Shown here one piece after another: positions 13,473-20,170 of a DNA stretch of 64,000 nt (its first letter is position 1; each line of letters starts with the position of its first letter). The translations under genes and the position numbers were made by a program. The notes beneath the pieces are model-generated. The model did not search any database, was not told where the DNA came from, and saw only the letters and a program-made list of their open reading frames with translations. The DNA is from Burkholderiaceae bacterium (lineage in GTDB: Bacteria; Pseudomonadota; Gammaproteobacteria; Burkholderiales; Burkholderiaceae_C), in contig CP126124.1 in the NCBI GenBank assembly GCA_030123545.1, forward strand, positions 1,451,784 through 1,515,783, given 5' to 3'.

Positions 13473-13787
13473 ATGAACAAGTCCCTGATCCTGGCGGTCG
13501 TGATCGCGTCCGCCGCGCTGGTTGCCTGTGGCAAGAAGGAAGAGGCGCCTGCGCCCGCACCCGCTCCGGCGGAAGCTCCTGCGCCCGCGGCGTCTGCGCC
13601 TGCTGCCGAGTCGACTGCGCCTGCCGAAGCAGCTTCGGCAGCAGCCGGTGAAGCCGCCAACGCAGCCAGCACTGCCGCGAGTGCCGCCGCTGGCGCCGCC
13701 GACGCAGCCAAGGATGCGGCCGGCGCGGTGAAGGACGCCGCAGGTGCCGCCGCCGACGCGGCCAAGGGGGCCATGGAGAAGAAGTAA
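13473..13787 (+). CDS. Ala/Pro-rich low-complexity lipoprotein
   Basis: MNKSLILAVVIASAALVAC lipobox, then an APAPAPAPAEAPAPAA... low-complexity region. Start at 13473 (the track starts at 13380). Confidence 0.7.
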   Translation: MNKSLILAVVIASAALVACGKKEEAPAPAPAPAEAPAPAASAPAAESTAPAEAASAAAGEAANAASTAASAAAGAADAAKDAAGAVKDAAGAAADAAKGAMEKK

Positions 13788-13813
13788 TCGGTCGGACCGA
13801 CGGCTTCTGCGAG

Positions 13814-13839
13814 AAAGCCACCGCAAGGTGGCTTTTTTC
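13814..13839 (+). terminator. rho-independent terminator of the lipoprotein gene
   Basis: AAAGCCACC-GCAA-GGTGGCTTT stem-loop followed by a T6 run. The T-run merges into the ICE attL core. Confidence 0.85.
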
Positions 13840-13841
13840 AT
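13834..13841. repeat. attL core TTTTTCAT
   Basis: Exact match to the attR copy; int starts 176 bp inside. Confidence 0.8.
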
Positions 13842-14016
13842 TTCACCATGACTCCAGCACCGAACTTCGCTGGACTACGCCGAAGCCCGATACAGCAGGT
13901 TTATCAATAACTTAGGCGAGTTCAACATATGCCGGTGCTTTCCGAAACCTGACCTGGCTTCCCCTCTGCTGGCCCCTACAAGGCTCCTGGGAATCCGGTC
14001 TTTCCGAGGAGTCATC

Positions 14017-15216
14017 ATGGCGAAAATCAAGCTCACTAAGTCCGCAGTCGATGCGGCACAACCGCAGGCGCAAGCCGTCGAACTCCGGGACACGCTGGTG
14101 CCCGGCTTCTTGTGCAAGATTACACCAGCGGGCCGCAAGGTGTTCATGCTCCAGTACCGCACGAACGCCGGCGAGCGGCGCAAGCCCGCATTGGGCCTGT
14201 ACGGGGAACTGACCGTCGAGCAGGCCCGTTCGCTGGCCCAGGAATGGCTGGCCGAGGTGCGCCGGGGCGGCGACCCCAGCGCGGCCAAGGCCGCCGCCCG
14301 TTCAGCCCCCACGGTCAAGGAGCTGTGCACCAAGTTCATGGAGGACTACTCCAAGCAGCGCAACAAGCCCAGCACCCAGCGCGGGTATCAGGCCGTCATC
14401 GACCGCTGCATCGTTCCGATGCTGGGCCGTTTGAAGGTTCAGGACGTGAAGCGGCCGGACGTGGCCACGGCGATGAAGAAGATGGCCCACAAGCCCGCCG
14501 AGGCCAACCGTGCTTTCAGCGTGATGCGCAAGATGTTCAACCTGGCCGAGGTGTGGGGCCACCGGCCTGACGGCACCAACCCTTGCCGCCACGTCCCGAT
14601 GTATCCCAACGGCAGGGCTACCCACCTCATCAGCGACGAGGACATGGGCAAGCTGTTTCGGCGACTGGAGCACATCGAAGCCGAGGGTCTGGAGAACTAC
14701 GTCATCCCGCTGGCGATCCGTCTGCAATTCGAGTTCGCCGGCCGCCGCTCCGAAATCGTGACGCTCCAATGGGATTGGGTGGACATGGACAACCGCCGCG
14801 TGGTCTGGCCGGACAGCAAGACGGGTGGCATGTCCAAGCCCATGAGCGAGGAAGCCTATCGGCTGCTCTCAACGGCGCCACGGCAGGAAGGCATTCCCTA
14901 CGTGCTGCCGTCTCCAAGCCATCCGGGCAAGCATCTGACCACGGGCGAGTATTACAACGGCTGGAGCCGCGCCCTCAAGGCGGCGGGCGCCACGCACGTC
15001 GGCACGCACGGTATCCGCCACCGTTCTGCGACCGACATTGCCAACTCGGGCATCCCGGTCAAGGTCGGCATGGCGCTGACGGCGCACAAGACCGTGGCGA
15101 TGTTCATGCGCTACGTCCACACCGAGGACGATCCGGTGCGCAAGGCGGCTGAACTGGTGGCGAACCGGCGCAAGACGATCACCGAGGCGCAACGTCCCGC
15201 AGAGGTGGCAGCATGA
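14017..15216 (+). CDS. int: tyrosine recombinase / ICE integrase
   Basis: 399 aa. DUF4102-like N-terminus (FLCKITPAGRKVFMLQYR); catalytic HGIRHRSAT and MFMRYVH near the C-terminus. Confidence 0.92.
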   Translation: MAKIKLTKSAVDAAQPQAQAVELRDTLVPGFLCKITPAGRKVFMLQYRTNAGERRKPALGLYGELTVEQARSLAQEWLAEVRRGGDPSAAKAAARSAPTVKELCTKFMEDYSKQRNKPSTQRGYQAVIDRCIVPMLGRLKVQDVKRPDVATAMKKMAHKPAEANRAFSVMRKMFNLAEVWGHRPDGTNPCRHVPMYPNGRATHLISDEDMGKLFRRLEHIEAEGLENYVIPLAIRLQFEFAGRRSEIVTLQWDWVDMDNRRVVWPDSKTGGMSKPMSEEAYRLLSTAPRQEGIPYVLPSPSHPGKHLTTGEYYNGWSRALKAAGATHVGTHGIRHRSATDIANSGIPVKVGMALTAHKTVAMFMRYVHTEDDPVRKAAELVANRRKTITEAQRPAEVAA

Positions 15217-16382
15217 TCAAGAAGACGCCTGCGGCGGCGGGAGCCGCACCCGCCGCTTTGCCTGCCGGCTACGCCGGCATCCACAGCGGCATCGTGGAGC
15301 TGCTTGGCGCTGCGCGCCAGGCGGCGGCACGCAGCGTCAATGCGCTGATGACGGCGAGCTATTGGGAGATTGGCCGCCGCATAGTGGAGGCCGAGCAACA
15401 GGGCAAACGACGTGCGGGTTACGGTGAGCAGTTGATGGAGCGACTGTCCACTGATTTGACCGCGCAGTTTGGGCGGGGCTTTGGCGTGAACAACCTGGAG
15501 AACATGCGGCGGTTCTTCCTCGCATACCCTGTCTCCGAGATTTCCCAGACACTGTCTGGGAAATTGGACAACGAGCTGCCCGACGAGAAATCCCAGACAG
15601 TGTCTGGGAAATTGAGCCTCGCCGAGCTGGCACAGGTGTTCACGCTGCCGTGGTCGGCCTATGTGCGGCTGCTGGTGGTCAAGGACAACCATGCCCGGCG
15701 CTTCTACGAAGCCGAGGCACTGCGCGGCGGCTGGAGCGTGCGCCAGCTTGACCGGCAGATTGGCAGCCAGTTTTACGAGCGCACCGCCTTGTCCAAGGAT
15801 AAGGCGGCGATGCTGGTCAAGGGAGCGGTGGCGAGGCCCGAGGATGCCGTCACGCCCGACGACGCGATCAAAGATCCGTATGTGCTGGAGTTCCTGAATC
15901 TCAAGGACGAGTATTCGGAATCCGATCTGGAGGCCGCGTTGATCCAGCGGCTGGAGGATTTTCTGCTGGAGCTGGGCGAAGGCTTCACCTTCGTCGGCCG
16001 GCAGCGGCGCTTGCGCATTGACCAGACCTGGTATCGGGTCGATCTGCTGTTCTACCATCGCAAGTTGCGTTGCTTGGTCATCATCGACTTGAAGCTGGGC
16101 AGCCTGACCCATGCGGACGTGGGCCAGATGCACATGTATTGCAACTACGCCAAGGAGCATTGGGCCTATCCCGATGAGAACCCGCCCGTGGGGTTGATTC
16201 TCTGTGCTGACAAGGGCCATGCGCTGGCGCGGTATGCCTTGGAAGGTTTGCCGACGAAGGTGATGGCGGCGAACTACCGTACCGTGTTGCCAGATGCCGA
16301 GCTGTTGCAGAAAGAGCTGGAAACCACGCGGCGCTTGCTGGAGTCGCGTGTGGTGAGGCAGCCCAAGAAGCTCCGGCAATAA
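15213..16382 (+). CDS. YhcG/DUF1016-family PD-(D/E)XK nuclease-domain protein
   Basis: 389 aa: NALMTASYWEIGRRIVE, LPWSAYVRLL, and a C-terminal RIDQTWYRVDLLFYHRKLRCLVIIDLKLG nuclease core. ATGA overlap with the int stop. Confidence 0.75.
   Translation: MIKKTPAAAGAAPAALPAGYAGIHSGIVELLGAARQAAARSVNALMTASYWEIGRRIVEAEQQGKRRAGYGEQLMERLSTDLTAQFGRGFGVNNLENMRRFFLAYPVSEISQTLSGKLDNELPDEKSQTVSGKLSLAELAQVFTLPWSAYVRLLVVKDNHARRFYEAEALRGGWSVRQLDRQIGSQFYERTALSKDKAAMLVKGAVARPEDAVTPDDAIKDPYVLEFLNLKDEYSESDLEAALIQRLEDFLLELGEGFTFVGRQRRLRIDQTWYRVDLLFYHRKLRCLVIIDLKLGSLTHADVGQMHMYCNYAKEHWAYPDENPPVGLILCADKGHALARYALEGLPTKVMAANYRTVLPDAELLQKELETTRRLLESRVVRQPKKLRQ
15541..15609. repeat. two palindromes (TTTCCCAGACAcTGTCTGGGAAA and TCCCAGACAgTGTCTGGGA) inside the DUF1016 CDS
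   Basis: 15541-15563 (11-bp arms) and 15591-15609 (9-bp arms). They encode the tandem peptide SQTLSGKL / SQTVSGKL. Confidence 0.8.
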
Positions 16383-16406
16383 CCGGGCGTCCCGGCGTGC
16401 CGCCGT

Positions 16407-16507
16407 CGGGCTCTCGGGCTGCGCCCCGCGCTTCGTGCCGAATCGCGGCCATCCGGCTTTGATCCCTGGCGCCTCCGGCCCTCTCGGGCCTGCGCGCTGC
16501 GCTTGCC
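16407..16507 (+). repeat. B-type non-coding repeat, copy B1
   Basis: CGGGCT.TCGGGCTGCGCCCC...GGCCAT.CGGCTT..ATCCCT...GCCTGCGCGCTGCGCTTGCC. Homologous to 22846-22946 and 24074-24177. Confidence 0.8.
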
Positions 16508-16539
16508 CAAAGGCGGGTGTGTGCAGTGGGCGGGGTGTA

Positions 16540-16707
16540 GGCGGTCTTGCTGTTCCCTTCACCGTATCACGGCGTTCTCGCCGTCAAGGGCGGCGCGCGC
16601 GGGTGCGCGCTTGCGTCCTGGCGGCCGTCTGCGACCCCTGACTGCTTGCGCTGCGCCGTGCTCCCGACGGTTCCGGGCAATTCCGCCCGAGCAACCGGAG
16701 CACGATC
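16540..16707 (+). repeat. A-type leader repeat, copy A1 (ends at the radC RBS/ATG)
   Basis: 61 nt identical to A2 (GGCGGTCTTGCTGTTCCCTTCACCGTATCACGGCGTTCTCGCCGTCAAGGGCGGCGCGCGC), then a 50-nt identical block, ending GCAACCGGAG-N7-ATG. Confidence 0.9.
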
Positions 16708-17217
16708 ATGTCGCAACTGTCCTTTTCCTCGTTCGATGCCTCGCTGATGGTGCGTGATGCGCAGGGCCGCTACCTGCTGGCGACGACTGACCAGATTCTG
16801 GAGGCCGCGCGCCAGGCCATCGAGCACAAGATGCAGCGCGGTGCCTCGTTCACTTCACCGGCGGCGGTCAAGGAGTACCTGTGCGCCAAGCTGGCCGGCT
16901 ACGAGCACGAAGTCTTTGCGGTGCTGTTCCTCGATTCGCAGCATCGCCTGATCGAATACACAGAGATGTTTCGCGGCACCATCGACAGTGCATCGGTGTA
17001 CCCGCGCGAGTTGGTCAAGGAGGCACTGCGGCTCAATGCGGCGGCGGTCATCGTGTCGCACAACCATCCGAGCGGGAACCCGGAGCCAAGCGCGGCCGAC
17101 CGGGCGCTGACCCAGCGGCTCAAGGAGTCGCTGGCGCTGGTGGACGTTCGCACGTTGGATCACATCGTCGTCACGGGCAGCAGCACCACGTCATTCGCCG
17201 AACGCGGCCTGATCTGA
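16708..17217 (+). CDS. radC: RadC-family JAB/MPN-domain protein
   Basis: 169 aa with the HNHPSGNPEPSAADRALTQRL metalloprotease motif. Confidence 0.9.
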   Translation: MSQLSFSSFDASLMVRDAQGRYLLATTDQILEAARQAIEHKMQRGASFTSPAAVKEYLCAKLAGYEHEVFAVLFLDSQHRLIEYTEMFRGTIDSASVYPRELVKEALRLNAAAVIVSHNHPSGNPEPSAADRALTQRLKESLALVDVRTLDHIVVTGSSTTSFAERGLI

Positions 17218-17220
17218 CCG

Positions 17221-17242
17221 AGGGGGCTTCAGCCCCCTTTTT
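17221..17242 (+). terminator. rho-independent terminator after radC
   Basis: AGGGGGC-TTCA-GCCCCCT followed by TTTTT. Confidence 0.8.
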
Positions 17243-17265
17243 GCTGCGTCCGGCAGCGCAACTCC

Positions 17266-17296
17266 GGCCCGCGCGGGCCTGCGCGCTTCGCTTGCC
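17266..17296 (+). repeat. B-type repeat, short copy B2 (3' core only)
   Basis: CGCGGGCCTGCGCGCTTCGCTTGCC core, followed by a G-rich spacer and A2. Confidence 0.7.
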
Positions 17297-17326
17297 GAAA
17301 GCCGAGGAGCATGGAGGTGTGAGGGA

Positions 17327-17492
17327 GGCGGTCTTGCTGTTCCCTTCACCGTATCACGGCGTTCTCGCCGTCAAGGGCGGCGCGCGCCTTGCGCGCTGGC
17401 GTCCTGGCGGCCGTCTGCGACCCCTGACTGCTTGCGCTGCGCCGTGCTGGCGACGGTTCCGGGCAATTCCGCCCGTGCAACCGGAGATCGTC
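17327..17492 (+). repeat. A-type leader repeat, copy A2
   Basis: See A1. Ends GCAACCGGAG-N6-ATG of the Zn-ribbon orphan. Confidence 0.9.
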
Positions 17493-17885
17493 ATGAACGA
17501 CAAATCACACGTTTCACTCGAACAGCATGTTTGCCTCGTTTGCGGCACGGCGTTCGATACCGGCGCCATCCTGCTGGACAAGCGCCTGCGCGCGAGCATG
17601 GAGCGCCATACGGCGACCGGCTGGGGTCTGTGCCCCGAGCATCGGAAGCTGGCCGACGATGGCTTCGTCGCGCTGGTCGAATGCGATCCGCAGCGCAGCG
17701 GTTCGCAGGCCGGTGGCCGCATGAAGCCCGAGCAGGCGTACCGGACGGGGCGGCTGGCGCACCTGCGGCGCACGGTGTTCGCGCAGATGTTCAACGTGCC
17801 GATCGCGGACGAGCAGGCTTGCGTGTTCGTCGAGCCTGGCGTGATCGACCAGTTGCAGTCGATGACGGCATCGGCGGCGAACTGA
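17493..17885 (+). CDS. hypothetical small protein with a CxxC...CPEH putative zinc ribbon
   Basis: 130 aa: MNDKSHVSLEQHVCLVCGTAFDTG...GWGLCPEHRKL. GGAG 6 nt upstream of the ATG. The upstream part of track ORF 16881..17885 is repeat A2. Confidence 0.6.
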   Translation: MNDKSHVSLEQHVCLVCGTAFDTGAILLDKRLRASMERHTATGWGLCPEHRKLADDGFVALVECDPQRSGSQAGGRMKPEQAYRTGRLAHLRRTVFAQMFNVPIADEQACVFVEPGVIDQLQSMTASAAN

Positions 17886-17904
17886 TCGCGCCGGACAGCC
17901 TTCG

Positions 17905-17939
17905 GTGCGTCGTCCCTGCGGGGGCGGCGCACTTTTTTT
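17905..17939 (+). terminator. rho-independent terminator after the Zn-ribbon gene
   Basis: GTGCGTCGTCCC-TGC-GGGGCGGCGCAC (12 bp including 2 G:U pairs) followed by T7. Confidence 0.8.
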
Positions 17940-17966
17940 CTGCTGCGCCCGGTGCCGGTTCCTCCG

Positions 17967-17996
17967 CGCCTGCGGCGCTGCGCGCTTCGCTTGCCA
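17967..17996 (+). repeat. B-type repeat, short copy B3
   Basis: GCGCCTGCGGCGCTGCGCGCTTCGCTTGCC, identical to the core of B5 (22917-22946). Confidence 0.75.
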
Positions 17997-18019
17997 GTCC
18001 GTGCCTTTGTTGGAGGGTG

Positions 18020-18184
18020 GCGGCTTGCTGTTCCCTTCATCGTGCCACGGCGTTCGCGCCGTCAAGGGCTGCGCGCCGAGGGCGCTTGCGTCCTGGCGGC
18101 CGTCGTTGCCCCCTGACTGCTTGCGCTGCGCCGTGCCCCGGAAGGGTCGGGCAATTCCGCCCGGCAACCTTTCAGGAGTTCACC
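18020..18184 (+). repeat. A-type leader repeat, copy A3 (diverged)
   Basis: GGCGGCTTGCTGTTCCCTTCATCGTGCCACGGCGTTCGCGCCGTCAAGGGC...CCTGACTGCTTGCGCTGCGCCGTGC...GGGCAATTCCGCCCGGCAACC, ending AGGAG-N7-ATG. Confidence 0.85.
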
Positions 18185-18535
18185 ATGAACCACGCACTCA
18201 TCACCGACGAGCAGCGCATCGTGCTGCTGGCCAATGGCCGCGAATCCTTGCAGAACCCGGACTTCGATCCGGCCCCCATGGTCAAGCTGTTCACGCCGGA
18301 TGCTGGCGCGACCTGGCTGCTGACCGAGATTGATCCCGATGACCACGACCACGCCTTCGGCCTTTACGACCTGGGGCTGGGTGAGCCGGAAATTGGCTGG
18401 GTCAGCCTGGGTGAGCTGGCGACGGTGCGCGGCGGGTTGGGCCTGCCGATTGAGCGCGACCTGTCTTTTCGGGCCGAGAAGCGGTTGAGCGCCTATGCGC
18501 ACGATGAGCGGCTGGCCGGGCGGGTCATCGTCTGA
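18185..18535 (+). CDS. DUF2958 domain protein (paralog 1)
   Basis: 116 aa: KLFTPDAGATWLLTEIDPDDHDHAFGLYDLGLGEPEIGWVSLGEL. Confidence 0.8.
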   Translation: MNHALITDEQRIVLLANGRESLQNPDFDPAPMVKLFTPDAGATWLLTEIDPDDHDHAFGLYDLGLGEPEIGWVSLGELATVRGGLGLPIERDLSFRAEKRLSAYAHDERLAGRVIV

Positions 18536-18591
18536 CCCGGCCCTGGGGGCGTCGCGGGACGCCCCTTCGCATCGCGCCCACGAGGCGCGAT

Positions 18592-18696
18592 GCCTGCGCG
18601 CCTTCGACTTGCTCTCCAGGGGAAAGCCCTGCGGGCTATCCCCGCCGCGCAGGCTTGGCGCCCCTGAACACCGCCGACCCGGCTACGCCGGATCGG
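18592..18696 (+). repeat. degenerate B tail plus C-type repeat, copy C1
   Basis: CTCCAGGGGAAAGCCCTGCGGGCTATCCCCGCCGCGCAGGCTTGGCGCCCCTGA...CCGGCTACGCCGGATCGG. Confidence 0.8.
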
Positions 18697-18849
18697 CCAG
18701 ACCACGGCAGTCGCTGTCGAACCTGTTTCCCGATGACTAGCACATGAGCTTGTGCATCAAGCATTGAAGTCCGGGCGTCCCCGGCCCCCTGCGAGATGGC
18801 CGGTCGCGCTGTCGTGCTGCGCATCGACCCCCCTGCGGGGTTTCGCCCC

Positions 18850-18934
18850 TGTCGGGCTTCCATCGTTCCCTCGCTCCGCTCGGCTGACGCCTCCGGCCCG
18901 GCTTCCAGCTTCGGGCCTGCGCGCTTCGCTTGCC
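18850..18934 (+). repeat. B-type repeat, diverged copy B4
   Basis: Ends with CGGGCCTGCGCGCTTCGCTTGCC, followed by a G-rich spacer as in B1-B3. Confidence 0.6.
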
Positions 18935-19274
18935 GTGCGGTCGGCGTGTGGGAAGGCCGTTGCCATGTCCAGCCGTCTTCCCTGACTTCATCACCTTGTC
19001 CGCGACTGTAGCCCGCGGCCTGGTGGCGTCAAGGCGCGCAGGGCCGTGTCCTCGGCTGCGCCTGCGGGCCGCACCAACCCTGCGCTTGTCTCCTTGACGG
19101 CCCCCGTCCACGGGCTCCCTTTCGTCGCGGGCGATGAACTCAGGAAAGACGGTGGCAACAGGGCCAACCGGGTTCCTCGTGCCGACCGCACCGAACAGCC
19201 GAAAGGCTGGGCTCCGAATCTAGGAATCCGGTGTGCGGTTTTCTTCAACAGCCATTTTGTTCAGGAGAAAGAGC

Positions 19275-20105
19275 ATGCAACTCGCATCCCGCTTCGCTTC
19301 CCACTCCCCGGCGCTGCGCAGCGACTACCCGCTGTCCGATGACCAGATTCATCGCGTGGCCCCGTCCATCTTCGCGGATGCCCCGCACGAAAGCCGTTCG
19401 CAGCGGTACGCCTATATCCCCACCGCCGCCGTACTGACCGAGCTTCGCAAAGAAGGCTTTCAGCCTTTCATGGTGACGCAGACCCGCGTGCGCGATGAAG
19501 GCAAGCGCGAGCACACGAAACACATGCTGCGCCTGCGCCATGCCAGCCAGATCAACGGCGCGGAGGCTAACGAAATCGTGCTGCTGAACTCCCATGACGG
19601 CACGAGCAGCTATCAGATGCTGGCCGGAATGTTCCGCTTCGTTTGCAGCAATGGCCTTGTCTGCGGCGACACCGTGGCGGACGTGCGCGTGCCCCACAAG
19701 GGCGACGTGGCCGGTTCCGTCATCGAAGGCGCTTTCGAGGTGTTGAGCGGCTTCGAGCGCGTGAAGGAATCCCGCGATGCCATGCGCGCAATCACGCTGG
19801 ACGAAGGCGAGTCCGAAGTGTTCGCCCGTTCCGCGCTGGCCCTCAAGTACGACCCCGCCGACAACAAGCCCGCGCCCATCACCGAATCGCAAATCCTGAT
19901 GCCGCGCCGGTTCGACGACCGCCGCCCCGACCTGTGGAGCGTGTTCAACCGCACGCAGGAGAACTTGACCAAGGGCGGATTGCATGGCCGCAGCGCCAAC
20001 GGACGCCGCCAGCAGACCCGACCCGTGCAGGGCATTGATTCCGATGTGCGCCTGAACCGCGCCCTCTGGATGCTGGCCGATGGCCTGCGCCAGTTGAAAG
20101 CCTGA
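19275..20105 (+). CDS. DUF932 domain protein
   Basis: 276 aa from MQLASRF (AGGAGA RBS): LLNSHDGTSSYQMLAGMFRFVCSNGLVCG. Confidence 0.8.
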   Translation: MQLASRFASHSPALRSDYPLSDDQIHRVAPSIFADAPHESRSQRYAYIPTAAVLTELRKEGFQPFMVTQTRVRDEGKREHTKHMLRLRHASQINGAEANEIVLLNSHDGTSSYQMLAGMFRFVCSNGLVCGDTVADVRVPHKGDVAGSVIEGAFEVLSGFERVKESRDAMRAITLDEGESEVFARSALALKYDPADNKPAPITESQILMPRRFDDRRPDLWSVFNRTQENLTKGGLHGRSANGRRQQTRPVQGIDSDVRLNRALWMLADGLRQLKA

Positions 20106-20170
20106 ACCGTTCCCCCGCCGGAGGGGCGGTTCCCCTCCATTCCCTTGTTTCACTCGATTGGAGATTCGCT

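Noticed and set aside
13790-14016. A tRNA or tmRNA gene as the ICE integration target
   Set aside because: I could find no cloverleaf-like sequence at either junction. The junctions carry the TTTTTCAT core typical of Tn4371-family elements, which do not target tRNA genes.
16555-16590. Antisense promoter TTGACG-N15-TGaTACGGT on the minus strand of repeats A1 and A2, as a stand-alone feature
   Set aside because: The spacer is suboptimal, the -10 is degraded in A3 (CACGAT), and there is no downstream antisense product I can identify. It is mentioned only inside the A-repeat finding.
16881-17492. N-terminal extension of the Zn-ribbon ORF (track ORF 16881..17885), and the similar extension 17432..18184 of DUF2958
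   Set aside because: The extensions run through the radC 3' end, a terminator and the A/B repeats. Repeat copies differ by non-triplet indels, and an RBS precedes the internal ATG.
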